Counted from the stretch's first letter, positions 27,496-36,920 are shown. The stretch is DNA of 64,000 nt from Candidatus Latescibacterota bacterium (GCA_965198115.1 OZ240241.1:192001-256000); one strand, 5' to 3'. Notes: generated by a model from the sequence alone, not told the origin. Numbers and translations are program-made.

Positions 27496-28757
27496 GTGCA
27501 TGGGTTCATAAATATTATTACGTATGTTCTGAACATTATTTGTAGCTTATGTTCTCCTTCAAAAGGAGGAGAACAATGCCAAGACGTTCGCCTTATGTGG
27601 TGCTACTGTCTGAGAAGGAACGGGTCGACCTCGAGCGAATGGCTGGACAATATACGTTACCGTATTATCAAGTGATCCGATCGAAAATCGTGCTTCTCGC
27701 CGCCGAGGGATTATCCAACAAGATTATCGCCCAACGGTTGGATGTCCCGCGTCCGATCGTAAGCAAATGGCGTAAGCGCTTTTTCGAAGAGCGTCTTTCG
27801 GGACTCGAAGATAGATCTCGTCCCGGGCGCCCGCCCGGTTTTCCCCCCTCAGGTGGTCGTTCAGATCAAGGCGCTGGCGTGTGAACTACCGAGCGAGAGC
27901 GGGATACCGCTCTCGCGGTTCAGCTGTTCCGAGATTGCCGCCGAGGCAGTGCAAAGGGGCTTCGTTGCCAAGATCAGCGGCGCCACTGTCTGGCGCTGGT
28001 TGAACGAGGACGCGATTCGTCCTTGGTATCATCGTTCCTGGATTTTCCCACGGGACCCGGACTTCCAAACCAAAGCAGGTAGAGTCCTTGATCTGTATCA
28101 CCGCCAATGGCAAGGAAAGCCTTTAGGGCCGAGGGAATATGTACTTTCTGCCGACGAAAAGACCAGTATTCAAGCACGAGCTCGCAAGCACGTTACCCTA
28201 CCGCCAGCCTCGAACAGAGCGGCACGCGTTGAAACACGAATACGAGCGGAAAGGAGCCCTGGCCTATCTGGCTGCTCTCGACGTGCACAATGGTCGAATC
28301 TTCGGTCTCTGTGAGTCTTCTTCGGGTATCGAGCCCTTCAACCGGCTCCTGAGCCTGATCATGAGCCGGAAACCCTATTGCTCGGCAAAGAAAGTCTACC
28401 TCATCGTGGATAATGGCTCCTCGCACCGAGGGCAAACATGCATCGACCGTATCCAGGGGAAGTGGCCAAACATCCACCCCGTTCACCTTCCGATCCACGC
28501 AAGCTGGCTCAATCAGATCGAGATCTACTTCTCGATCCTCAAACGCAAGGCTCTGACACCTATCGAATTTGCATCGCTCGAAGAGCTTGAGGCAAGAATC
28601 CTCGGTTTTCAGGAACGCTACGGACGTATCGCCACACCCTTCAAATGGAAGTTCACACGAACAGATCTCGCGGAGATGATCGACAAACTCAGGTTCTACG
28701 ATACGCCCTTGGCAAAGTCTGCTTAGAATACGTCACCGTATTTGCGAACAGGAGTAC
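27496..28757 (+). mobile_element. IS630-family insertion sequence
   Basis: Imperfect TIRs gtgcatgggttcataaatat / gtatttgcgaacaggagtac; TTA duplicated at 27493-95 and 28758-60. Confidence 0.9.
27576..28726 (+). CDS. IS630 transposase (HTH orfA + DDE orfB, slippery TTTTCCCCCC at about 27840; extra frameshift near 28232)
   Basis: IRSKIVLLAAEG..N..IA..KWRKRF..GL.DR.RPGRP; ADEKTSIQ, HEYERKG, VDNGSSH, PIHASWLNQIEIYF. Confidence 0.88.
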
Positions 28758-29736
28758 TTAGGATCGTGGACGCGCGTCCGCTTCAGGATTATGTCGAGGG
28801 CCATATTCCCGGCGCGATCCACCTGGACGTCTATGGCATCAGCCTCAACGATACGTCGGACGAACCGTTCAACGCGTTCATGTGGATGTATGCCTATCTG
28901 TTTGGCAGCCGAGGGATCGGATCGGACCAGACGATCGTCTTTTATGGCCAGAATTCCGATATGCGGGCCGCTCGGGCGTTCTGGGTTTGCGAGTACCACG
29001 GGCACGGAGATGTGCACGTGCTCGATGGCGGCTATGGTGCGTGGATGGCCGATGGGTATGAAACGTCGACGGTGTGCGAGAACGCAGAGAGTACTGTGTT
29101 CGAAAGCCAGGCAGAACCAACCTGCGCGATCGGCTATCAGGAACTGTTGGACTCGCTGAGTCGTGACCACTTCGTTCCACTCGACACGAGAAGCGAAGGT
29201 GAATACACGGGGGAAACGGTTCGGGCGGCACGAGGTGGGGCGATTCCGGGTGCAGTGCACATCGAGTATGTGAACAATCTCGATGATAACGGTTTCTTCA
29301 AACCCGCGGACGAACTCCGGATGATGTATGAGCGTGCGGGTGTGATGCCGGAACAGACCGTCGCCTGCTACTGACAGGGCGGCTACCGCTCTTCCCACAG
29401 CTACCTGGCGTTGCGGCTGATCGGTTACGAGAAAGTTCGCAACTACATCGGCTCGTGGAAGGAGTGGGGGGATAGACTGGAGTTGCCAGTCGAGAAACCG
29501 AGAGGCTGAAGGCACCAAGAAAACATTCCACACGAAGGCGCGAAGAGATTGTGGGGGAGCAGTCTCTGACTGAACTTCTGTCGGTCGACGAAAGATCAGT
29601 CGGCGGTCGGCGGTGCGCTGTGGGCGGAAGAGACGGCTTCGCCCCTGTGAATTTTTGCCAATTGCGTGTCCAAAAGAGGAGTGGCAGGTCGTCTTAGTGT
29701 ACTGGCTGAGCATATCCGGATGAAGATGGGCTGACA

Positions 29737-30006
29737 ATGCCGACGGTTTCCTTTACCCAGAATATTCAGCGTCACATCGCCTGCCCGACGATGGAAGTTA
29801 GTGGATCGACGGTGGGGGAGGCCCTGTCAGCCGTTTTTGAGCAGATTCCGAAAGCGAAGGGGTACGTACTCGACGAGCGAAGCGCGGTACGTCGGCATAT
29901 GGTGATTTTTGTGGATGGGGAAGGCATTTCGGATCGAAACGGGTTGAGCGATCCGGTGCGGGCGGATTCGGAGATTTATGTGATGCAGGCTCTTTCTGGA
30001 GGTTGA
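29737..30006 (+). CDS. MoaD/ThiS-family ubiquitin-like protein
   Basis: 89-aa beta-grasp pattern (TVGEAL, IFVDGE), C-terminal ALSGG. Confidence 0.9.
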   Translation: MPTVSFTQNIQRHIACPTMEVSGSTVGEALSAVFEQIPKAKGYVLDERSAVRRHMVIFVDGEGISDRNGLSDPVRADSEIYVMQALSGG

Positions 30007-30008
30007 GT

Positions 30009-31124
30009 ATGAGTGATCGACTACTCGTGGGGACGCGTAAGGGTTTGTTTCAGATAAAGCGATCGAGTTCCGGTTCGTGGGAAATCGTTGACAGAGACTT
30101 CCTGGGCGACAACGTGAACATCGTCGCGGCTGATCCACGCGAGGGGCAGGTTTTCGCCAGTCTGGATCACGGGCATTTTGGAACGAAGCTGCATCGATCG
30201 AGGGACGATGGGAAGTCGTGGGAAGAGATTGAGGTTCCCGAGTATCCGGAGCAGCCTGATGGATGGGAAGAGATTCCGAATCCGTTCACGGGGAAAGTGG
30301 CGCCGTGGAGTCTCCATATGATTTGGTCCATCGTTCCGGGATTGTCGACCCAAGCGGGCCGTGTCTGGTGCAGGACGATTCCCGGGGGACTGTTTCAGAG
30401 CGATGACGCCGGGGACAGTTGGACGTTCGTGCGATCGCTTTGGGACCTCGATGAACGAAAGTCGTGGATGGGGGCGGGAACGGACTACGCTGGGATCCAT
30501 TCGATTCTGGTGGATCCGCGAGACGAGGATCACGTGACGGTGGGTGTCAGCGTCGGGGGAGTCTACGACAGCGCTGATGGCGGCGCGTCGTGGCGAGCCA
30601 GGTGCGACGGGATGAGGGCGGAGTACGTGCCGCCCGAACAATCGGAAAACCCAGAGGTCCAGGACCCCCATTACGTCGCCCAATGTCAGGACGATCCGGA
30701 TACACTTTGGGCGCAGCACCATAACGGGGTTTTCGTGACACAGAACGGGGGCGATCAATGGAGCGAGATCGAGAAAATCGATCCTTCAACTTTCGGCTTC
30801 GCGGTGGCAGTTCATCCACGGGACGGCAATACCGCGTGGCTCGTTCCGGGTGTGAAAGACGAACACCGAATTCCGGTCGATGGGAAGCTGGTGGTGACGC
30901 GCACACGAGATGGAGGGAAGACGTGGGAGAAGCTCTGGAAGGGGTTACCGCAGGAAGACGCCTACGACCTGGTGTTTCGGCACGCGCTCGACGTGGACGA
31001 ATCGGGCGATCGTGTTGCGTTCGGGTCGACGACGGGGAATCTATGGATTTCGGAAAACCAGGGAGATGACTGGTCTCAGGTCTCCGGGACGCTGCCGCCG
31101 GTCTATTGTGTACAATGGGGATGA
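30009..31124 (+). CDS. BNR/Asp-box repeat beta-propeller protein (sialidase-like)
   Basis: LLVGTRKGLF; Asp-boxes SRDDGKSW, SDDAGDSW, SADGGASW, TQNGGDQW, TRDGGKTW, SENQGDDW. Confidence 0.9.
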   Translation: MSDRLLVGTRKGLFQIKRSSSGSWEIVDRDFLGDNVNIVAADPREGQVFASLDHGHFGTKLHRSRDDGKSWEEIEVPEYPEQPDGWEEIPNPFTGKVAPWSLHMIWSIVPGLSTQAGRVWCRTIPGGLFQSDDAGDSWTFVRSLWDLDERKSWMGAGTDYAGIHSILVDPRDEDHVTVGVSVGGVYDSADGGASWRARCDGMRAEYVPPEQSENPEVQDPHYVAQCQDDPDTLWAQHHNGVFVTQNGGDQWSEIEKIDPSTFGFAVAVHPRDGNTAWLVPGVKDEHRIPVDGKLVVTRTRDGGKTWEKLWKGLPQEDAYDLVFRHALDVDESGDRVAFGSTTGNLWISENQGDDWSQVSGTLPPVYCVQWG

Positions 31125-31137
31125 ACATCTGAACCAC

Positions 31138-31176
31138 CCCTTCGATACGCGGCCTTCGGACGCTACTCAGGGCAGG
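31138..31176 (-). repeat. REP-like repeat, short copy F, followed by an 8-mer triad (31174-31197)
   Basis: CCCTTCGATACGC-ggccttcggac-GCTACTCAGGG; then AGGCAAGA CGCCAAGA CACCAAGA. Confidence 0.75.
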
Positions 31177-31215
31177 CAAGACGCCAAGACACCAAGAAAG
31201 ACGATACAGATTCTT

Positions 31216-31250
31216 AGGGGTGCCTCGGTGAACCGGGGTGCCCCTTTGTT
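31216..31250 (+). terminator. Intrinsic terminator-like hairpin
   Basis: aggggtgcctcgg-tgaa-ccggggtgcccct followed by ttgtt. Confidence 0.65.
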
Positions 31251-31264
31251 CGTTGGAGACCTCG

Positions 31265-31714
31265 TTGATTTACGAAGGTAACGATGTCAGTGCGGGTGAA
31301 GTGCGGATTGGTCGTCCGGCGGGTGCTCCGGAGAGCGATGACAAAGAGTGGCTTCGTTGGTGGTCAGAGGCACAAGCGCGCGAGGACATCATCTACTTCG
31401 GGATCTGGGAGGGCGAACGAGAGGTGGGGCAGATCTTTCTTCACGACATCGATCGGGCGACATCGAGCGGGATGATCGGGTATCACATTTTTCGAGAGGG
31501 TGACAGGGGAAGGGGAATCGGTAGTAGCGCATTCAGGCTTCTGGGGGACTATGCCTGGCGAGAGGCTGGGTTGAACGAGCTGGTCATCATTACCGGGAAG
31601 GACAACGAGGCGTCTCGCCGTCTGGCTGAAGGGGCGGGATTCAGGCTTTCGGGTGTAGCTAGGGAGCATCCAGAGCGAGATGTCGTCTATCGACTAAGTC
31701 TATCTTCTGGGTGA
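31265..31714 (+). CDS. GNAT (RimJ/RimL-type) N-acetyltransferase
   Basis: IGYHIF...RGRGIGS, N.ASRRLAE.AGF; TTG start after GGAG (start uncertain). Confidence 0.8.
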   Translation: MIYEGNDVSAGEVRIGRPAGAPESDDKEWLRWWSEAQAREDIIYFGIWEGEREVGQIFLHDIDRATSSGMIGYHIFREGDRGRGIGSSAFRLLGDYAWREAGLNELVIITGKDNEASRRLAEGAGFRLSGVAREHPERDVVYRLSLSSG

Positions 31715-31738
31715 GAGAAAAAGCTTGCAATCCGATCG

Positions 31739-31815
31739 TCCCTCGATTCGACTGTCGTCTGGCAGCGCGTAATTGAGATCAATGGCACGTCCTGAATACG
31801 TCTACTCGGGATGAT
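31739..31815 (-). repeat. REP-like repeat, copy D (50-nt insert)
   Basis: TCCCTCGATTC (31739-31749), insert 31750-31799, GTCTACTCGGGATGA. Confidence 0.85.
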
Positions 31816-31820
31816 CGGGT

Positions 31821-33164
31821 CTATATCAGGCCGTCGGCTTTCATCCAGTCGAGGGTGGTTTCGAACGCAGATAGCGTCTGCTGGATATCCTCGGCGGAGT
31901 GGGAGGCCATTGTGATAGGCGTCCCTGGAAGGTCGATGCCATTCAACAGCATTCCGCACCGCAGGTTCCGAGCGAGGTCCGGGCGGGACTGCGACTTGAG
32001 TTTGTTGAAGTCATAGGTGTAAGGGTCGAACTCCTGCGCTTTGATTCTCGAGATCCCGTGATCGATCAAGATTTTGAAGCCTGAAAATTCGCCGTAGACG
32101 CCCCAGCCCAGATTCCTGTCATCGATGATCTTGCCCAGGCCGTGACGCAATGTCGCGGCCGTTTCGCTGGCGTGTGCCTGCGGCTCTCCCGTCGACGCGA
32201 TTTTGAGCGTCGCGATTCCGGCGGATGCCGACAGGGGGTTCGCGTTGAAGGTTCCGGGATGGGGCATCTTCTTTTCGACGTCGGTTTTCTTGATGGAGAT
32301 CAGGTCCATGATGTCCACGCGTCCTGCGACGGCTCCGCCCGGTAACCCTCCCGCCAATATCTTAGCCATAGTCGTCATATCGGGCGTGATTCCGTAATAG
32401 GCCTGGGCCCCTCCTGGCGCTACGCGAAACCCCGTGATGACTTCGTCGAAGAGCAGAATGACACCGTGTTCTTTCGTGACCTGCCGAAGGTCGCCGAGGA
32501 ATTCACCGGTGCAAGGGACCGCGCCCCATCCCCCTCCCGTGGGTTCGATCAGCAGGATGGCGACATCCGGATCCGCGGCGAGGTGACTGCGAACTGCGTC
32601 GATATCGTTTGGCGGGAGGACGATCGTTCCGTCGAGGACGGAATCGGGAATCCCCGGGACCTGCACATCTAGGGGCGGACGCGCGGCGGGAATGACCGAG
32701 TCGTGCCAACCGTGGAAGTGACCGGCAAACTTGATGATGTTGTTCTTGCCGGTGAATGTTCGTGCGAGCCGGATTGCCATCAGCGTGGCTTCCGTTCCGG
32801 AGTTCACGAATCGGACGCGTTCGGCCGACGGAATGAGGTCTTTGACCCACTGACCCCATTCCATCTCGAGCGCGTGCGACCCGCCCAGATGCGTACCCTG
32901 GCCTATCCGGGCGGAGACCGCCTTCACAACCTCGGGGGGGTTGTGGCTGAGAAGCAGGGAGCCGTGGCCGCTCCAGTAATCGATCAGCTCGTGACCGCTG
33001 ATCGTGTACTTCTTTGACCCGTCGGCGTGGCTGATGTAGACCGGGAACGGGTCGGCGTGCCGGTTGTCGTGCGTGACGCCGTCGGGGAAGATGTCCTGCG
33101 CTTGTTCAGACAGCTCACGGTCTTTGGCGAATGTTGATTCGTAGCGTTCGAGAATGGTAGGCAT
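31821..33164 (-). CDS. Class III PLP aminotransferase (glutamate-1-semialdehyde aminomutase-like)
   Basis: RFVNSGTEATLMAIRLAR, GHFHGWHD, FDEVITGFR, AKILAGGLPG, GTFNANP. Confidence 0.9.
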   Translation of the reverse strand: MPTILERYESTFAKDRELSEQAQDIFPDGVTHDNRHADPFPVYISHADGSKKYTISGHELIDYWSGHGSLLLSHNPPEVVKAVSARIGQGTHLGGSHALEMEWGQWVKDLIPSAERVRFVNSGTEATLMAIRLARTFTGKNNIIKFAGHFHGWHDSVIPAARPPLDVQVPGIPDSVLDGTIVLPPNDIDAVRSHLAADPDVAILLIEPTGGGWGAVPCTGEFLGDLRQVTKEHGVILLFDEVITGFRVAPGGAQAYYGITPDMTTMAKILAGGLPGGAVAGRVDIMDLISIKKTDVEKKMPHPGTFNANPLSASAGIATLKIASTGEPQAHASETAATLRHGLGKIIDDRNLGWGVYGEFSGFKILIDHGISRIKAQEFDPYTYDFNKLKSQSRPDLARNLRCGMLLNGIDLPGTPITMASHSAEDIQQTLSAFETTLDWMKADGLI

Positions 33165-33299
33165 GGGAACCTTGATTGGGATTGATGTGGGGGCCCGTTC
33201 GTGCTTCGATATATGGTGACCATTGAGATTCGTGCAGTGCTGGGTATCAACTTATGTGAGACACCTACTCAGCATGAACGGGTTCTCGCCGCTTTGCAA

Positions 33300-33383
33300 C
33301 CGTTCATCCTGAGTAGCGAAATCGCGCGAATCAGAGCATGTCGCTCGGCCATCCGGTTGAGTCGCTTATCGAAGGGCGAACGG
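33300..33383 (+). repeat. REP-like repeat, copy E (46-nt insert)
   Basis: TTCATCCTGAGTAGC (33303-33317), insert 33318-33363, GCTTATCGAAGGG; closed by ccgttc/gaacgg. Confidence 0.8.
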
Positions 33384-33393
33384 TCCTTGCCTG

Positions 33394-33864
33394 TTACACA
33401 CCGCCCATTTTGCAGACTTCGTCGAATTCTTTCTTCGTAACAGGTTGGATAGATAGGCGCTGGCCGCGCTGAACGACTTTCATATCATTCAGCTTTTTGT
33501 TGCCTTTGAGGTCGGCGAGGTGGACGAATGACTTGAGTTTCTTCTTCCACTTTACGTCGAAGGAATACCAACGCGGCTCTTCCTTCTGTGACTTCTCATC
33601 ATAGTAGCGGTGCTTTTTGTCGAATTGCACAGGATCCGGGTAGCCGGCTTTGATGACCTCGACGATTCCGGCCACGCCGGGCTCCTCGCAGTTCGAGTGG
33701 TAGTAAAACGCAAGGTCGCCCTTCTGTATCTGGTCGCGGATGAAGTTGCGGGCCTGGTAGTTGCGGACGCCCCGCCAGTAGCCGGTACTCTTGGGGCGCT
33801 TCTTCAGTTCGTCGAAGGAGCACTCCTTCGGTTCGTTTTTTACGAGCCAGTATTTCTGCGGCAT
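33394..33864 (-). CDS. EVE domain protein (PUA/ASCH-like)
   Basis: YWLVKNEP, WRGVRNYQARN, GDLAFYYHSNC, YYDEKS, RLSIQPV. Confidence 0.93.
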   Translation of the reverse strand: MPQKYWLVKNEPKECSFDELKKRPKSTGYWRGVRNYQARNFIRDQIQKGDLAFYYHSNCEEPGVAGIVEVIKAGYPDPVQFDKKHRYYDEKSQKEEPRWYSFDVKWKKKLKSFVHLADLKGNKKLNDMKVVQRGQRLSIQPVTKKEFDEVCKMGGV

Positions 33865-33890
33865 TGAATCTCTCCACTCTTGAGAAACCT

Positions 33891-34040
33891 ACCACGAAGA
33901 ACATGAAATACACGAAACGGAGGACCGCGGACCACACGGGAATACACGGAAGAGAGATGGGGCCTGGATCCGAGGCCCTATCGGGGACAAGACCGAGCAG
34001 AACCAGAAAACTTACCACGAAAAACACGAAATACAAAAAA
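33891..34040. repeat. Cluster of 9/10-mer tandem triads
   Basis: ac-CACGAAGAA CATGAAATA CACGAAA (33891), ac-CACGAAAAA CACGAAATA CAAAAAA (34014), and cacacgggaa tacacggaa (about 33933). Confidence 0.75.
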
Positions 34041-34157
34041 GAACCTACGACTTGGCGGTGGTGCAACTGAGCAAGGCCCTTGGGTGGTGGTCAAGGGACC
34101 GCTCTACAATCTCGCGCCTCTATAGCCTGACTAGAGGAACCTTCGCACAATCGAGTC

Positions 34158-34187
34158 GTTCCCCGACAGGAGTCGGGTCCCACCGCA
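34158..34187 (-). repeat. GTAG/GTGG-type REP-like palindrome, copy 1
   Basis: Minus strand TGCG-GTGG-GA-CCCGAC-TCCT-GTCGGG-GAAC; 29 of 30 identical to 35779-35808. Confidence 0.8.
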
Positions 34188-34237
34188 AGGCGGCGCTACT
34201 CTGGCCACGACTGCTCGCCGTGTCGCCTGCTTGGGAA

Positions 34238-35692
34238 TCACCCCATCACTTCCAGGGCTCGTTGTTTCCATTTGTCGTAGTTGGGTGAGAGCTTGAGCGC
34301 ATCACTTTGTAGGACGAGTTGGCCGTTCTTCCCGCGGGGATCGCCGCGCTGTTCGTTCAGGTCGGCGAGTCGTTTCCTCCACACGACGACGCGATCGGCG
34401 CAGTCGGGATCTCGAGATCGTTCGCGGCATTCCAGCGGATCGTTTTCGAGGTCGAAGAACATCTCTTCACCGGTGTGATGATACCAGATGTATTTCTCGC
34501 GGCCATCTGTGACGTATTGCATGCCGTAGTCGTGGTCGTAGCAGGTCGTGTGCTCGCCCTGGACGAAGTCTCGCCACTCGGTGCTGCCTCTGGCAAGCTT
34601 CAGTAGACTTTCGCCGTCGACGGAGTCGGGAATGTCCACGCCGGTGGCGTCGAGGATCGTCGGCATGATGTCGCGCAATTCGATCGGCTGGTCGAGGACC
34701 TGGTCGCGGTCGATGTCCCAGGTAGATGGGAAACGCATCAGAAATGGCACGCGGGCAGAGCCCTCATAAGCGTAGGTCTTACGCCAGTGGTGGTGATCGC
34801 CCATCATATCGCCGTGATCGGAGGTGAAGATGACGAGGGTGTTCGCCCACGCGTCGGCGTCGTGGCGGCGAAGCTCGTAGAGGACGCGGCCGATCTGATG
34901 GTCGATGAAGGTGATATTACCGTAGTAACTCGCTCTGGCACGATGTGTTTCGGCGTCGGTGCGATGCGAAAAGGGGGCGTTGACGTCCGCCACCTTGCGG
35001 TCGAAGCGGTCGCACCAGTCGCCGATGGCCGCACTGGGAACCTCAGGGTTGCCGTTGTACACGTCGAAGTAGGACTGCGGCGCATCGTAGGGTGAATGGG
35101 GACGCGCAAATGACAGCCACATGAAGAAGGGCTTCGTCGGATCCCTATGCGTGAGGAATTTGATGCCTTCGCTTGCGGTCCAGTGCGTGGGGTGGAGATG
35201 CTCAGGGAGGTGCGACGGGCGGGCCATCCAGCTGTTCCAGTCCACGCTGTGATCGCGGTAGCCGTAAGCGCCCTCCTTATGCTCATCGAACCATTCGTGG
35301 TAGTCGCTGATGAAGTCGCCCGTACGTCTCCCGCTTTCGTCGAGCACCAAGTTATGGAACCCGTACAGGCGACGCTGGGGCGCGAAGTGCATCTTGCCGA
35401 CGGCCTGCGTGTGGTAGCCAGCCTTTGCGAGTTCTGCCGGTAGGGTCGCGGGATATTCGAGCGGATCGTTGCCGGTCATCGTGAGCCGGCCGTGGTTCCA
35501 TTGGTCCATGCCAGTCAGGATGCAGGCTCTGGCGGGCGTGCACGAGGGGACGGAGGTGTAGGCGTGGCGGAAGCGGGCGCCTTCCTCGGCGAGCTGGTCA
35601 AGATATGGCGTTTCGACCACGGGATGGCCGTCGCAGCCGAGACAGTCGCCCCTTTGCTGGTCAGTTGTGATGAGGATGATGTTTGGTCTCAT
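34238..35692 (-). CDS. Arylsulfatase (formylglycine-dependent, Cys type)
   Basis: RPNIILITTDQQR, CTPARACILTG, GKMH, PHSPYD, SDHGD. Confidence 0.93.
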   Translation of the reverse strand: MRPNIILITTDQQRGDCLGCDGHPVVETPYLDQLAEEGARFRHAYTSVPSCTPARACILTGMDQWNHGRLTMTGNDPLEYPATLPAELAKAGYHTQAVGKMHFAPQRRLYGFHNLVLDESGRRTGDFISDYHEWFDEHKEGAYGYRDHSVDWNSWMARPSHLPEHLHPTHWTASEGIKFLTHRDPTKPFFMWLSFARPHSPYDAPQSYFDVYNGNPEVPSAAIGDWCDRFDRKVADVNAPFSHRTDAETHRARASYYGNITFIDHQIGRVLYELRRHDADAWANTLVIFTSDHGDMMGDHHHWRKTYAYEGSARVPFLMRFPSTWDIDRDQVLDQPIELRDIMPTILDATGVDIPDSVDGESLLKLARGSTEWRDFVQGEHTTCYDHDYGMQYVTDGREKYIWYHHTGEEMFFDLENDPLECRERSRDPDCADRVVVWRKRLADLNEQRGDPRGKNGQLVLQSDALKLSPNYDKWKQRALEVMG

Positions 35693-35703
35693 GAAAAGCG
35701 GTT

Positions 35704-35722
35704 CCAGTCGTCAGTCGTCAGG
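35704..35722. repeat. 7-mer tandem array beside a start codon
   Basis: CCAGTCG TCAGTCG TCAGG, 11 nt from the sulfatase ATG. Confidence 0.55.
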
Positions 35723-35778
35723 AAACAGAGTGATGTCCGTGTGCGTTGAGCCGACGCCACGGAATTACTTACAGGTCT

Positions 35779-35808
35779 GTTCCCCGACTGGAGTCGGGTC
35801 CCACCGCA
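35779..35808 (-). repeat. GTAG/GTGG-type REP-like palindrome, copy 2
   Basis: Direct repeat of 34158-34187; the single mismatch is in the loop. Confidence 0.8.
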
Positions 35809-35836
35809 TTGGGGCACGGAGGCACTGGTCGGCCAC

Positions 35837-36913
35837 TCAGCTGGTCCAGCATTCTTTGAGGAAGCGGATCCAATTGCCGTGGAGGATGTTGTCGATGTCC
35901 TCGCTCGAGTAGCCGCGGTTGCTCATGATTTCTGGAAGGCGCTGGAGATCGGCGATGGTGTTGAGGTCGCGCGGAGACTGTTCCTGGCCGAAGCCGCCGT
36001 CCAGGTCTGTTCCGATACCCGAATGTCGACAATTGCCGAGTAGCTGCGAGATGTGATCGATGTGATTGACGACGGTTTCGAGCGTGGCTTTGGTTGTTTG
36101 CTCGTAGCAGGGGCGCTGGCGGTCCCACGTGGGGTCGAGCATCCACGCGTCGAATGCTGCCCCAATGACGCCGCCGCGTTCGGCGATGGCCCTGATCATG
36201 TGGTCGGTGAGTTGGCGCTGGCCCGGGGTGAGCTCACGGCAATTGTGATGCGAGGCGCAGATGGGACCATCGTAGACGTCGAGCGTTTCCCAGAAGCCCT
36301 GATCGGTCGTGTGCGTCGTGTCGACGATAATGCCAGCTTCCTTCAGCGCGTCGAACAACGGTTTGGCACGGGGTAGGAGACCACCCTCGGTGCCGGTACC
36401 GTGCGCGTAGGAGCTCGTTCCGTAGTGCTGGATGCTGACCATCCTGAGGCCGAGATCGTACCACATCGGTACCTGATCCGGATCCAGAATGGGGTCGGCG
36501 CTTTCCATCGCGAGCATCACACCGACGGGTTCGTTCGAGGCCGGATCCTTCCACGCCTCGAAAGATGCATCCAGATCTTCTGCACTTCTGATGAATCGGA
36601 TCTCGCCTTCGGCTTCCATTGCCTCGTAGAACGCGTAGTGGCCCATGCCCACGCCGTGACACTGGGACTGGGCATACATACCGGTCTTCGTCCATCGATC
36701 GTTGGGGTCGATCCGGGACATGACCGTTCCGAAGATGATCCTGACGTGTCCTTTGCGCAGTTCGGGGAAGGTGACCGTGCAACTGCCGAAGCTTTGCTTG
36801 ACAGCCGCGCTGTCGTGACCCCGAACGGTCGCCGCCGGCTGTGTCAGATCGCGATTGACCTGAATAGCGCTGTAGCCGAGGTCCAGGTGGCTATCGATGA
36901 TCAGAGTTTTCAT
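35837..36913 (-). CDS. Membrane dipeptidase (peptidase M19), paralog 1
   Basis: IDSHLD, MESADPI, VDTTH, ASHHNCR, GIGTDLDGGF, GNWIRF. Confidence 0.9.
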   Translation of the reverse strand: MKTLIIDSHLDLGYSAIQVNRDLTQPAATVRGHDSAAVKQSFGSCTVTFPELRKGHVRIIFGTVMSRIDPNDRWTKTGMYAQSQCHGVGMGHYAFYEAMEAEGEIRFIRSAEDLDASFEAWKDPASNEPVGVMLAMESADPILDPDQVPMWYDLGLRMVSIQHYGTSSYAHGTGTEGGLLPRAKPLFDALKEAGIIVDTTHTTDQGFWETLDVYDGPICASHHNCRELTPGQRQLTDHMIRAIAERGGVIGAAFDAWMLDPTWDRQRPCYEQTTKATLETVVNHIDHISQLLGNCRHSGIGTDLDGGFGQEQSPRDLNTIADLQRLPEIMSNRGYSSEDIDNILHGNWIRFLKECWTS

Positions 36914-36920
36914 AGAAAAC

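Larger units (their letters stand above)
27417..29509 (+). pseudogene. Two-domain rhodanese/sulfurtransferase (SseA-like), IS630-interrupted, TGA at the catalytic Cys (candidate Sec)
   Basis: Removing the IS and one TTA restores MDKGYANPQLLW...DEHLRIVDARP..YVEGHIPGA...GGAIPGAVH...ACY-TGA(29372)-QGGYRSSH...NYIGSWKEW, stop 29509. Confidence 0.88.

Noticed and set aside
28225-28240. Second programmed frameshift in IS630 (also near 55897)
   Set aside because: No slippery heptamer; a single extra base inside a conserved motif fits mutation or sequencing error.
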